A DNA stretch of 64,000 bases from Dimorphilus gyrociliatus (lineage: Eukaryota; Animalia; Annelida): positions 602,156 to 666,155 of the forward strand of contig CAJFCJ010000013.1 in assembly GCA_904063045.1 (NCBI GenBank). The letters are read 5' to 3'. Shown here in pieces: positions 11,579 to 24,042 of this stretch. The translations under genes were made by a program, and so were the position numbers. The notes beneath the pieces are model-generated. The model ran no database searches, had not been told where the DNA came from, and saw nothing but the letters and a program-made list of their open reading frames with translations. Every line of letters starts with the position of its first letter. Position 1 is the first letter of the stretch.

Positions 11579-14500
11579 TTTCACAGAGGTCAGCACCTTA
11601 TTGGAAATATCGATATCGATATCGATATCGGGTTGTACTAATAAGCGGTTAGAGATAGGTTTTTGCAAACTTTATAATTAGTTGAAAAAGATTAATATTT
11701 GTTAATATTTTATTAGTAGGTGTATATTGTTAGTGGTGTTTGGGAGCCTAGAGCATGGGATATGAGAGGAAATTAGCGAATGTAATTGCGAGGTATAATC
11801 TGCCATTCCTCGACAAAGTATGAATTAAATACTTTTTTTATACACTAAGTGCATATAATAGCTCGCTTATATATTAATAATACTTACTGAGTTGGTTTTT
11901 GACAAAAATGCGGATATTTCTCGACGAAAAGAAGCAATTTTTCTCTGCAAAGTGTTCAATAATTTCACCCGACCATGTGATTTTTCGAAAAGGCCTTATT
12001 AGCGATACCCGGCCGGCTTCTTAGCCAATGAACGATGCTTTAACAACGGTCAGGCCTGACCAATCAATTATTGGTTTTATAAAATTATTTCTTCGCAGAT
12101 AATTTTGAAAATAATACAAATACTAATTTATCAAAAAATGAAACATATTTACATTTTTTTCGATGTAAACATATTATTAAAAAATTGCAAATAATTTAAA
12201 GAAACTGTTTACATCAACTTTAGTAAATGTAAGTGAAAAAAAAAATAAACAATAAAAAGTCATAAAAATATTAATGATAAAAATTTCAGAAGATGGATAC
12301 ATAGATTTACAAAAAATAAAACAAAACAAGGAAGATAAATTGAAAGATTATCGTATAGAAAATATACTTAAATCAATCTTTTGAAGTAATAACTGGTAAC
12401 AAACAGCTAATTATATAGCGCAATTATAACAAGGATAAAACAACAGATGGGGTTGGTTGTTCATATCAAATACCTACTGAAAAAGGACAAATGACGACTG
12501 AAACTTCCCTTTAAGTTTCTTATGAAGTATAAATCACTAAATTAATCTAAGTCTTGTATACTGAATAGATTGATAAGAATTTGTTTCTATTCTTTTAAAA
12601 TTGGATGATCCAATTAAACTCTTACTAGTTCTGTTATATTATTCTCTGATATCCAATTTTCTTCCATCCCTCTCCTTAATCCTACTTACTTTATTTATAT
12701 GAGTCTAGACAGTTTTACATGAGAAGTTTGAGAGGAAATGTGACAATTATCGGCGGTTTTTTTTTATTATTAATATAAATGCACCATTTTTTTAAAATGC
12801 TAACTAAAGGATTTAATAGAAAGAAAGAAAGACTAAGAATTCTTGTTAAGTAAGCGTATGGAGAAATAAAGAACGCTTTATGTAACATTTTTATTATTAT
12901 TATAAATAAATCTCTTTTTCTCCTTCTCCTACTCCCTTTCTTTCTCTCCCACTCTCTCAGTCAATTCTAATATATCTTTCTTTTTTTTCTTTTTTAAATA
13001 TAGAGTTTTCTCGTAACTATTCCTTAATAATGATAGAAAAACATATTTTACCTACTAAATTAATACGTTGACATTAGCATTTTAGAATGATACAACAAGA
13101 TTAAGGAAAAGGTAATTTAAAATGTATGATTAAAAAAAGACTAGATTTTGGACTGAAAACAAAAATATATAAGTGTGAAAAGAAGGAAAAAATCAGTTTT
13201 TTTTATTTAATAAAAAAAATAACACCCAACTTTTACTATTAAAACATCTTCTACTGTTCCTCTAGGCAATTCGTATAAGGTAAATGTATAGTTGTATAAG
13301 GTAATCCTAGAATAGATGTCGTTATATATATACGAATATATATATACCAACGGGTTACGTGATAAACCTCTCTACATTACTTCACTAACGCTTAACGTTT
13401 AATTCAATGTGCAATAATTTCTACCTAAGGGAGAATATAGAATAGACGAAAAAGAGTCTCTTCAAATGAGCGTTTAGGCCTATGGGAACAAAGCATCTTA
13501 TCAATACAATTAATTATTTCTTTCATCTAACTGGATGTATTTATGACTCAACATCAAAATTTATTCCATATAATTATTATCTTATTTAATAGGCTTTAGG
13601 AATCGACTGTTAAATCCAAATTTGCATATAAAGTATAAAACGTATACGTGTATTATTATAAACTAACAAAAAACATATGATATAGACTTAATATTTATTA
13701 CATTCAAAATGGAAAAGAGAAACAGCTATTGATAAGAATCAATAAGAAACTGAAATAGTAAGTAATTTTTACCGGAAAAGAGCATTTTATACAAGTTCAT
13801 TACATATTGTTGCTTTATTTAGAATTGTTGCAAGTTATGGTCTATTAAACGTCTATTTATATAACAATAAAAATTTGTATATATTATGGTAAATGCAGTT
13901 GTTTATTACAGCTTTTTGTGTACTTTATTTTCAATTCCTAGGGTCGTAGGTTTTCGTATCTTGTTTTTTTTTGTTTTTTAAAAACCAATAGATAACCTCT
14001 ATCTTGTTTTTATAGAGATAGATTATTTTATTATCATATTCTCTTTTGCATATTCTTTTCTTCTTCTTCTTCTTCTCTTCTTATTCCTTCTCTTTCCTTT
14101 CGCTATATATTCTTAATATATTCAATGACGTTTTAGAATGTATTATACATTTATAATAGGGTTTTTATTGCTTTAATATTTTAATAGTTTTAATAGAAAC
14201 AATTAATAACAGTTACATATTTTTGTCGTTGTCCTTTAATTATGATCAACTTTTTTTATTGACTCGAGTTCTATTAGTATATTACTCGAGAAAAGAATTA
14301 AAAAAATACAAACTTTCAACCAATCAGCACTTAGCTCCGGAAAATGGATAAATAGCGCGTCAACTGCAAGTCAGGATTATTTGCTTTGTTAGAACGTCAC
14401 CGACAAAGGTATCAGCTCGACTATAGTCTTTTTTTCTAAAAGAAAACTTCTACAAAATCTTTTCAATTTGAAGAAATATCGCATCTTTTCAACTCGAATG

Positions 14501-14937
14501 TAAGTTTTTTAACTATATTTTCATATCCCTATCATATTTTACTATCAATTTAAATAGTTATTTAAAATAGACGCTTTTATTCTATTTCTCCGCTAAATCG
14601 TTTTACTCACTCGTCTATTGTATGGCTGAAAATTAATATTTTTTTTTTACCCTGGACCAGAATTATTCTCTTGTTAAAACAAAATTTATTTTTTGTTTTT
14701 TTTTTTAAAAAAACAAAAAATAAATTAAATAAAAAAATCATTTTTTATTATCTAAGCGAAAACAATTTTAGAGAAAGATTGTTAATGCAAAAGAGTATTA
14801 AACAATATCCAGGCAAGTGTAGACACTTTTCCAAGTTTGTCATATAAAGCTTTTGAAAAGAGAAGATATTTCTTTTTTTTTTTTTTTTGTTTCAAATATC
14901 TACTGTTGTATTATATCCCTGGCTGTTTTGTGATAAT

Positions 14938-14978
<41 letters not shown>
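14938..14978. repeat. (CT)n microsatellite
   Basis: About 20 uninterrupted CT units. Further (CT)n/(GA)n runs near 15296-15345, 28835-28870, 40518-40541 and 44569-44601. Confidence 0.95.
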
Positions 14979-14983
<5 letters not shown>

Positions 14984-15111
14984 ATCTATCTGCCTGTCTG
15001 TCCATTTATCTCCTTTATAACTTTACATTTGTTCACTATGTATCTCTTACTTATTTTCTTATAAATTGTTTTAATTCTTATCTTTTCTTTCTCTTCTCAT
15101 CTACAGAAATC

Positions 15112-16426
15112 ATGGAAGGAAACAATGAAAAAGTAAATTCAACTGTGAATATGGTAAATTATAAATAAAATAAAAGAATATTGACGTTTATTATAAGTAT
15201 ATATATATTTTAAAATCAACAGTCTCCATTCCAATTACCCGACGCAAGCTATCCAAACACTCCTAGAGAATTTGCTACATTTATGGTAATAAACCTTTTC
15301 TCTCTCTCTCTCTCTCTCTCTTCCTCTCTCTCTCTCTCTCTCTCTTTTCTCTATCAATTCTATTCATTAATAGATGGTAAGAAACATTCATCACTAATCA
15401 TGAATGTTACAAAAAAAATGATCTAAGCAGAAATGTCATACATCTATTTATAGCCTATATAATACATTATACATAGTTTTGTCAGTATATGTATGCATTA
15501 ATGTTTTTATAATATTGTGGACTTAGAACTCGGGTAATGACGAAATTATTGCTGGACGAAGCATATCTGAATTGGGATTGCACGACGAGAACGAAATAAT
15601 CAAGGAAGATGATACGGATGTTGAAAGTACGGATAAAGAGTGGCCGGAAGAAAATCATAATGATAGCGACGAAACGAAAGTAAAAAAAAAATATTAATCA
15701 TTTTTTATACATTTTATATTGATCATTTTCCTTTTTTCCTATGATACTAGGCTAATTCGAGACGCCGTTCCTCATTCATAAATAGAGTAGTATTACTATT
15801 CCAATAATATTTCCCTATCCGATAAATATCATGTTTACTATTATTCAATTTCAGATGCCCAGATTCTTTAGGAATATATTCCCCTGCTTAGCCGGAGAGG
15901 ATTCGGTAAGTTTTTATATATCACTTCCTTTTCTTTCTTATGAACTTGATGAATAGGTCACTTTTTTAATTCTCTCTTTTCTATTTTTTCTTTTTTTATG
16001 TCCATCTTCTGTCGAGAATAGAAGGAATCGAAATTTGATTCTGAATCGAAAAATTTTAAATCTACGCAACAATCGAATAGTACTTCAAAACTTTATGATG
16101 ATGGTGAATCTCAGCTTTGTCCAGATTTAAGACAAAAGGTTATTTTCTTACCGGAGGATGGAAATCAATCGGGAACGGAAAGTGTTCAATCAAATTTTGC
16201 AAAGCCGTCCGCTTCCGGCGAGAACGTTCATGATAAATCGGCTGCTGCTGAAGAAAGTTTTATTTGGGATACGAATGAACATAACGATCAGGACACTGAT
16301 TTGGAAAGTGAGGGGGAAAGTTATAAATGTTAGGGAAATTGCAACTTAAGTTTATAAAATTATATAATAAAATATATTTATTTATTACCAACAGCTGAGG
16401 ACATGACAATTTCTGATGCTGATTGA
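15112..16426 (+). CDS. Orphan acidic low-complexity protein, multi-exon
   Basis: Chain of small in-frame exons with consensus splice sites: MEGNNEKVNSTVNM / SPFQLPDASYPNTPREFATFM / NSGNDEIIAG...DETK / ANSRRRSSFINR / MPRFFRNIFPCLAGEDS / KESKF...RQKVIFLPEDG...SYK / last exon ending EDMTISDAD*. No known domain recognised. Confidence 0.65.
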
Positions 16427-16638
16427 GATTGTCTGTCGCCCGGATATGAATGAATCATCAGATAATTGAAAAAAAAAAACAAAAGGTGGGATGGGAAAAT
16501 TAGGGGTATCAGAAATAGTTGAAGATAAGCAAATATATTAGGAGTGAATGTATATGAGTTAAAGAAGAATGTATTCTAGCTCTCTCTCTCTCTCTTTATA
16601 TTTCGTTTGTTTTAGCATGTATACGTTAATATTCAAGA

Positions 16639-16669
<31 letters not shown>

Positions 16670-19409
16670 GTATATGTAATCGTTAATGATAATATGTAAT
16701 AATTATTGATGTTATTGTATTTATTTGTATTTATATACGTATTAGTATATATATTTATAAGTGCAGGATAATAAGAGTTTGTTACAATTTAAAATGTTTC
16801 TTTTTGACGTTTATATGAATGTTAAAGAAAGGAGATTTTTATTATCTAAAAAACGAATAAATTACATTCTATCCCACTGATAAGCTTGTCCTAAACTTTT
16901 AATGCTAAATTAATACCTAATTAATTTATTTCTTATATATTTTTCATCTATTTCCATATTCTTCTCTTTTTGTTTCGTTAGGTGAATTTTTTCTATTCGG
17001 CTTAATTGTTGTTACATTCTTCAATCTAATTAATCTCATCTATAGGAAGAGGGGATTTATAATGAAACAATAGTTTTAATCAAAAATTAAAAGAAATACC
17101 ATAGTATTTTGATGGAAGAGATAGAGATGTAGAGAATATTATCATTATTATATAATAACAAATGTTTATTACTAATATTTTATTTATTAATGTAGGTTAG
17201 TTAAATTCGATAATTAGCCTAATAGATTGAATGTTATTTTCTTAAAGCTTTGAATAAGGAAAACTATATAAATTAAAGAGCTCAACAGCAGTTGTTAATA
17301 TTTATTAAGATAGAACAATCTCCCTCCCTTTCCGCTAACTTTTAACAATAAATAGAACAGAATATTTATTTTAAATTGTAAAGGAACAAACAAACCCAAA
17401 TATCGCTATACAAATCAAAACAAACGCTTTCCTAAGAAGTACATCAAAACGTACTTACACGTTAGAATTGATTAAACGCCGTTATAATATGTAATATACA
17501 AAAAAAAAGGAACTTTCTGTAAGTTTATTTATAGATTATTACGAGTTCAATGACTGATAATTGGAAAAAAATAGTACTGTATATTAGATATGTTTAATTA
17601 GTATTCATTAAATTTCTGTTGTAATGTAGTTTCTCTTCTTTCTTTCTTGCCGGTCAGTTTGTAGCACATAATGTATGTACAGTTTATAATGTAATACTAT
17701 ATAATAACTGTATATACGCGCCCATCCTTCCTTATAACCGTTTAAAGGGATGTTTTTTTTTTCTTTTTACTCCTGTATAGGATCATATGTCGACTTATCG
17801 TCGTCAAGATTGAAAAGTACCTCTCCGTAGATTTTTTCTATGTAACTGTCCATTAAATTTTTCAAGATTTTATTTGCATATCCTTACGGTAACCTTTTCA
17901 GGCAGTAGGATAACTCAATATTGAGACTTTCAAACACCGTCAATCTTGTTATTATGTGTAATTTTAAAAAATTATTACAGAAAATGCCCAAAATCACTCT
18001 TAAACGCCGGAAAATATTGTGTTTCCAGTTGAAAATGCCATTCCAAAGATCTGGAATAGGAAGACAAGAGTACATAGTTTATGAGAACGGGATAACTTTT
18101 CTAGTTATTGAACTTCAAGTTGACTGCAGACACAAAAACGAACTATAAGAGCATAAATCCAGTAAAAAGAACCAATTTAAACTGACAAGGAAAAAAGTTC
18201 TCTTCCTTCCTCCACATTTCATATGCAATCAAACTAGTTTGTAATAGATGTCGTATTGCGGAAGATTTAAAATAGTGAACCATCTCTTTTTTGAACAAAC
18301 TGTATAACTTACCATTGTAAAGTGTGCAGTTGTTAAGACTTATTTGCAGCTTCAACTTAGTTTATACAGTATAATGTTTATAGTATTGTACTCTTTACAG
18401 CTGACTTAAAGGAAGAATGCGTGCTAATTTCTCGTTTAACGCTTCTGACACACTATACCACTTTCGAAATCTATCATAATTTTTTTTTAATTCGCGCTAT
18501 GAACATTTTGTAGAATTATTTAACGTAGAGATGCCTATAAAAATGAATGCTGAATTCTATCTCGTCAAACTTCACTAGGAATCTATGTAAATATGATAAT
18601 TTCAATCTAATTTAATCAAATCAAAACACTTTTCCGAGTTTTTCCTTTTTTTATTGAACGCAAAAAAACAAAGCTTGCAAAAAAACGAAGATCTAAACAA
18701 AATTTTAAATCCCAACACCAAAAAAAATATACCAAGGTTTTTACGATTAAAGTGATTTCTTAAGTCTCATATACGATAAATGTTTAAGCCTCTTGGGCTA
18801 ACAAAAAAAATATGTCAATGTTAGATTTTTTCAGCGAAAAGAGAGTATGCTCAATAGTTGGTTCGTTTATATTCTTACAGTAGAAGAAATTGGTTTTAAA
18901 TGCCCATTATCGCGTTTCGCGTCTTTCCAAATAATATTACATAATATTACCATTTGTGAAACAATACAATTTTACCCTGCACCATAGCAAATAAATCCGT
19001 CAAAGGTATAAGATAACATATTACAAGATTTTTTTCAAGAAATGATCTAATAGCAGCGAAAAAGATCACAAAAATATTAATGAGCCGCAAAAAAAATAGG
19101 AAAAAAAAATACAACTGAGAAAATAAGCCTTTTTTAACGTTGAAAGTTATTCGGTTTCGTTGTTGTACCTTTTGTTGAATAGTTTCCTTAAAAAATTTTT
19201 AAAATGAAGATAAAATCTGCACTATTTTTTTTCCAATGTCCGAAAGGGCCAGACGCACCAATCGTATTTCGATATTTAGAAAAAAAACTCATCCCAATCT
19301 CGTTTCATGATCATATACATTTGCATTTGATCATACACAAAATGTTAAGTTAACATTTCGTCATACGCAAAGCTGCTATTTAACAATAGCCTTTGCCTTA
19401 CTCCTCCTA

Positions 19410-19518
19410 GGTTCCGTTAGCCGTCCTGTCAGGCTCCACCGGGGTCGCCAACCCCCGTTCGTCATTCAGCCAAGACGTTCCCACCCCTGCACCACGATGA
19501 GGTGGAACCATGCAGGGG
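19410..19518 (-). ncRNA. HDV-like (nested double pseudoknot) self-cleaving ribozyme, copy B
   Basis: Minus strand: P1 CCCCUGC/GCAGGGG; J1/2 AU; P2 GGUUCC/GGAACC; P3 ACC/GGU; L3 UCAUCGU; P1.1 CA/UG; P4 CGUCUUG/CAGGACG with inner hairpin; J4/2 GCUAAC with predicted catalytic C at 19420. Predicted cleavage 5' of 19518. Confidence 0.85.
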
Positions 19519-20300
19519 AACTTGCTGTTGCGTATCATTCTCTGGTATTTCTACAGACTAATACTGGGGAAGTTTCAATATCTTCAGATGTTGTTTCCTT
19601 CTTCATCGTTTGATATAGGATTTAAGTTTAATGGCTTTTCAAATATCACTAAAAAATTGAAAGATTTAGTTTTAAAAGCCCTTATAAATTATACTACTCT
19701 ACTTTCAAAGAAAATTCTGACGAGCTCAGTTTTCAAAAAATATATTGGTGTTTTATTTTAATAGTTCCTAGGACTTATATAACTTTGACGGCTTACTACT
19801 GTGTTAACCTTAATACTCAATATTGAAAATGAAACTCACCCTTTATTTCACCCAAAATTCAAAATGGCCGAAAGCCTTTCCTCAAACCACGTGGTCCAAC
19901 CACTTCTGAAATAAAGACAATCGCTACAATAAGTTTTCCACTCTCACCTGAAAGAAGAGAAAGTATACATATAAGTCCATATGAATAATTAAAGATACCT
20001 AAAATTTTTGTTTATATATAAGTTTCTGAACTTACCACTTATAACTTCGAAAATATGGCGCTGGGCGTGCGAAAAACACGTGCTTGGCGTATTCTTGGCT
20101 GACAAGTTTCTGGCGCTTAAATTGAAATTTCTGCAAAAAGAACGTCAGTGTTTACTTAAAATAACCATGAATTACACTTAGAATCAAGGGGGCAGATTCA
20201 AATATGTAGTTAAAAAAAAATTAGTACTTACTTCCAAAAACGTTTCGTAAACTGCTTTGCAGTGTTTCAACACAACCAAATAGAACAACTTTAAGTGCCT
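19410..20300 (-). ncRNA. Candidate spliced long non-coding transcript hosting ribozyme B
   Basis: Minus-strand donors GTAAGT (20231), GTAAGT (20035) and GTGAGT (19839), with acceptors at 20131, 19948 and 19551. No long spliced ORF. CCAAT-like and TTTGGCGC-like promoter motifs near 20430-20460. Confidence 0.45.
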
Positions 20301-21989
20301 CAGTTAAAAAACCTCACTCATTTTCTCTACTCTTTTCTCTTCTCAAGTCACTTTTTCGTTGGTTCCACGTTGACCTCGTTCCAAATGACAGAACCGGGCG
20401 TGGAAATTAATAATTTCGCACTTAATACCACCACGATCATTGGATAAGTTTTGGCGCAAATTTTTAAAAATTTGAACTTAATTACCCCCTATTATCACCA
20501 GTGTTTTCCGTTTTTTTTTCTAAAAACATTTCTTAGAAATGACTACGTTTTGTTTATTTTCACTTTCCACTAATATATACCACTTCAAATAACAGGCTCT
20601 AGTGTTCTATCCACCATTCTTCACACTACTGCTCTGTTTCTCTCCTTGAGCTTCTTGTTATATTATGAACTATCCAAACGGTAAATACAATAATTTACGT
20701 TCAGTATATAGCTTCATTTGCAAATTGTTTTAATGACGAAAAGACATGTAAAGCGATAAGATAATATCTAATCAAACAAAAAAGTACGAAGAGAAGGAAA
20801 GACAGAAAGACATTAAAGATGAACATTAGTGTTGTGTTCTTTCAATTGTTGTCTTAAGAATAGTAGAGAATTTGTGACTGGAAACGATTACCTTACTAGT
20901 TTCGTCCTTCTTTTCATAAAATACTCTATTATTTTGCAGTACAATACATCGTATCGTCTTTTTATTCTTATTAAAAGCTTTATTTAGTATTAGTTGTTTT
21001 GTTGGATTAAATACAGAAAACTGACGGTTGGTCTTTATATTTAATAATTTTATAGAAAAATCGCTTTCTCTCTTCGACTACATTCAGTATATCGTCTCAT
21101 TAAGTTTTCTACTAACCTACTAAAAACAGCACTAATGCTACAATAGCAAATACTATTAATATTACGGCGTCTCTTTTAAGATTCAACGCTTTTATTTTCC
21201 TGCTATTGTACATGTCTAGACGTTATAGAATGAGTAAACGAAAAGGCGAATGAACTCGTAAATAGAAGAGTTAGTTGAAAAAAAAAAGAGACGTCTTCGT
21301 CCTTCTATACACTCTTTTTGTAGATTTTCAGTGAATTTATCTCTCATAAACCAAACGATGATGTTGAACGTCCTTCGTAAAATTCGTCATTGTACATATT
21401 GTAGTATAATTTCTATTCAGGAAAAAAGAGAAACAAACGATAAACGTCGATTTTTTTTTATCAATTAATATTAGATATTTTTAAAGATCTAATTTTATTC
21501 TCCTAATCTCCTTCTTTCTTATTCGTTTTACTTAATATGCACTTTGTTTTTAGATTACTTATTAATTCGCTATCAGTTTACATACATTTTTACTTGAATT
21601 TCCTCTGAGATACTTTACAAAGTTGTCTTTTCACTGTCTATATCTAGTGAATAGTTGAAAACAAAAAAAGACGGCCGAATACAGGATATCAACCTTTGAA
21701 CAGGAAATAACTGAAACAATGACACATATGAAGGTATGCCTGTGGAGTAAGGCCGTTTTACGAGCTGATAGGATTTGCGCACATTTGATTTAACTCTAAC
21801 TAAGCTCTATTCTTAATTGTTAGTGATAGAAAGAAGAATATATAGGAGATATCAGGGAAAGGATCACGAAAACGAATCAGTAAGTTTGTGAGGAAATTCA
21901 GTGCTTAAATGTGAGAACCTGGTGAATGTTTATACCATCCTATTTGATTATTAAAAGGAGTAAGATCACTTTCATAGACACATATTTTG

Positions 21990-22564
21990 TTACAATCGAT
22001 AAATGATGAACGACCTCGTTTGTATTGTTTATAAATTTTTCTCATTACACCAAGTCTTTGTTACATTTGCAACATTAGTGATATTAGCATTTTGTCGCCT
22101 TGCATCTTCGTTTGCTCTTACTCCACAGTCATCCTCTATCTCACTCCAATTGCTTACCTACTTGTTTATGTAGCCTTCGCACATGCAAATATACCGCTAG
22201 TGTTACACTTTGAGTGAGCTATCAATATTACACATGACGTATATTTTCTCTATATCTCTTTTACTTAACGGATACCCGCTGCGCAGTTCCTTCTCTGTAA
22301 CAATTACGTCCATACTTTCTATAATTCTCTATTAATTCTCGTCTAGCACAAACCCTACTGACTCAGCCAACTCAGCTTCCATTTATTGTTATGTATTCAT
22401 GCATACTTCCATCCTCTTTATTTACTATTAACTATGCACGTAGTTTTCATTAAATTCTATTAATTATAACAAAGAGAGCGGAGAGTTTACATTTACAAAT
22501 ATTCTACTATCTCGATACTCCTCTCCCAAAGGAGAGGGGTCGTCAACGATACGGTCCCTACGTC
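21990..22564. other. 575-bp segment present only in the left arm, flanked by direct TTTTG repeats
   Basis: Reverse complement of the right arm reads CATATTTTG-ACTTG. The left arm reads CATATTTTG (21981-21989), then 575 nt, then TTTTG (22565-22569) ACTTG. Confidence 0.75.
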
Positions 22565-23016
22565 TTTTGACTTGAAAAAAAAGCAATGATAGAGAGAGAA
22601 AGAGAACTGATATAGTTAAAAGCAAGAGTTGAAGGCGAGAAATATTGTTTTTCGGCAGTTTCTCTACTCAATTGATGGTCTATGGCGGGATTTTGAGAGG
22701 AAACAAACGTTGTTCTTACCCCTATCGTTAAAGAAAGTCTTGTATGAAGTTCATGTCCCAAATAGTTAAAGGCGTCGACTACTTTCCTTACAAAGTGAAA
22801 GATCCTATCTTGTTCGTGTCCTTTTTGGCATCTATCGATATCGAAGAGAGCTTTATCGATAAGTTTGTCGGATTGTTTCATATGTCTAGTAATTTTACAA
22901 AAGAGAAAGAATGACATCCTTTCCGTTGATTCAAGTTCTTTTCTTAGATTATCAAATGTATTCCAGTCGTAGTATCTATCTCCTAATTCCATTTTCATAC
23001 TCCAATCGTGTTGCAT
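22558..23016 (-). CDS. Uncharacterised ORF, copy 1 (may be a pseudogene exon)
   Basis: 152-aa ORF identical for 150 aa to 32734..33198. Internal G|GTAAGA donor after ...LSLTIG; an in-frame TAA lies 17 codons upstream of the ATG. Confidence 0.4.
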   Translation of the reverse strand: MQHDWSMKMELGDRYYDWNTFDNLRKELESTERMSFFLFCKITRHMKQSDKLIDKALFDIDRCQKGHEQDRIFHFVRKVVDAFNYLGHELHTRLSLTIGVRTTFVSSQNPAIDHQLSRETAEKQYFSPSTLAFNYISSLSLSIIAFFSSQKT

Positions 23017-24042
23017 GATGCTGATAAGTCGATTAGTTTCCTTGTTGTGTTCTTGATTTTTCGATTATACAATATATTCTAATCCGTCTAATGAATATTT
23101 GAATATTGTATGAAAACTCCTTAAAAAGAAGATAGGAAGAGAGATAGATCGATTGAGAAAGGCTTCGACAGAGCAGCAGTTGATATTAACAACTTTGAAA
23201 CTTTTCCGAATATAAAAGGGGAAACTTAAGTTATGAGGTTTTTATAGTTTTAGATACACGAGGGGTCAATATTTGGAGACAATGTTAACCATAGAAAAAA
23301 AGGAAAGTAAAATAAGGTGACTTTTTTATTATTTTGGCCGTTGCCCTCTAATTGTGTCATTAACCTTGAAGACGTTTTTGCTAAGAAAATTTCTTTTTAA
23401 GATTAATGACTATAAGTTTGGTTTTGTGAAAAGTTTTTTTCTTACTTTTTCCATTTAAAAGAGATTCTATTTTTTTTTATCTTTTATTAGACCTTTACAA
23501 TTACATATAAATAGATATCTTTGTAGACTTTCTGCCGCTTCTTTCTTTTATCTTTTTTTAGCTTATTTAGTCTTTTAAATTAAATATTTATATATCATAT
23601 TATAGTTAAACGTCTATTTTTATACTGTTATATGGTAATTATTTCTCAGCCTTTATACTCTGAAAAGAGTAATTGTTTTTTGTAAGTATTTAATATTGAT
23701 ATTCGTTTCCTTCCGTTTGGTGTTTGAAAGTAAAGAATAAAAACATGGCTTTTTTGAACGATCTCATTCAAAATAGCTCTTCATATTTTTTTCAATGATA
23801 GATGGCGATAGTAGTCTATAATAATATAATTATAAAGGAATGTTTCAGTTGCCTAAGTAATTATTTAGGACTTTTGTCTATTTGTCTCTCGATTTCTAAA
23901 TAAGAAAAGTATTTTACATAATTTACGATTATGCACCACTCCATGTACCATAAAAGTAGTCGATACATGTAATAGTAAGGATGATAGATGGCAGCACATT
24001 GGATTATATGATACGACCTTCGCATTGGGTGTTTTGATATTT

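Larger units (their letters stand above)
20872..23348 (-). repeat. Left arm of inverted duplication (partner 32407-34100)
   Basis: 20872-~21530 matches the reverse complement of ~33440-34100 with few mismatches. ~21770-21989 matches ~33185-33400, diverged. 22565-23183 matches 32567-33185 with no difference seen. ~23230-23348 matches 32407-~32516, diverged. Confidence 0.95.

Noticed and set aside
17884-18355. Retrotransposon ORF remnant downstream of ribozyme B
   Set aside because: Short ORFs with no APE, RT or RNase H motif in the frames read.
19407-19538. 43-codon ORF running through ribozyme B (MIRNSKFPC...TANGT*)
   Set aside because: Not preserved in copy A, which stops early; expected by chance in a GC-rich patch.
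22030-22390. Minus-strand frame in the 575-bp indel interrupted only by TAA/TAG, suggesting stop-codon reassignment
   Set aside because: TAA/TAG dominance is expected in AT-rich DNA, neighbouring genes end in TAA/TAG normally, and no protein motif is recognisable.
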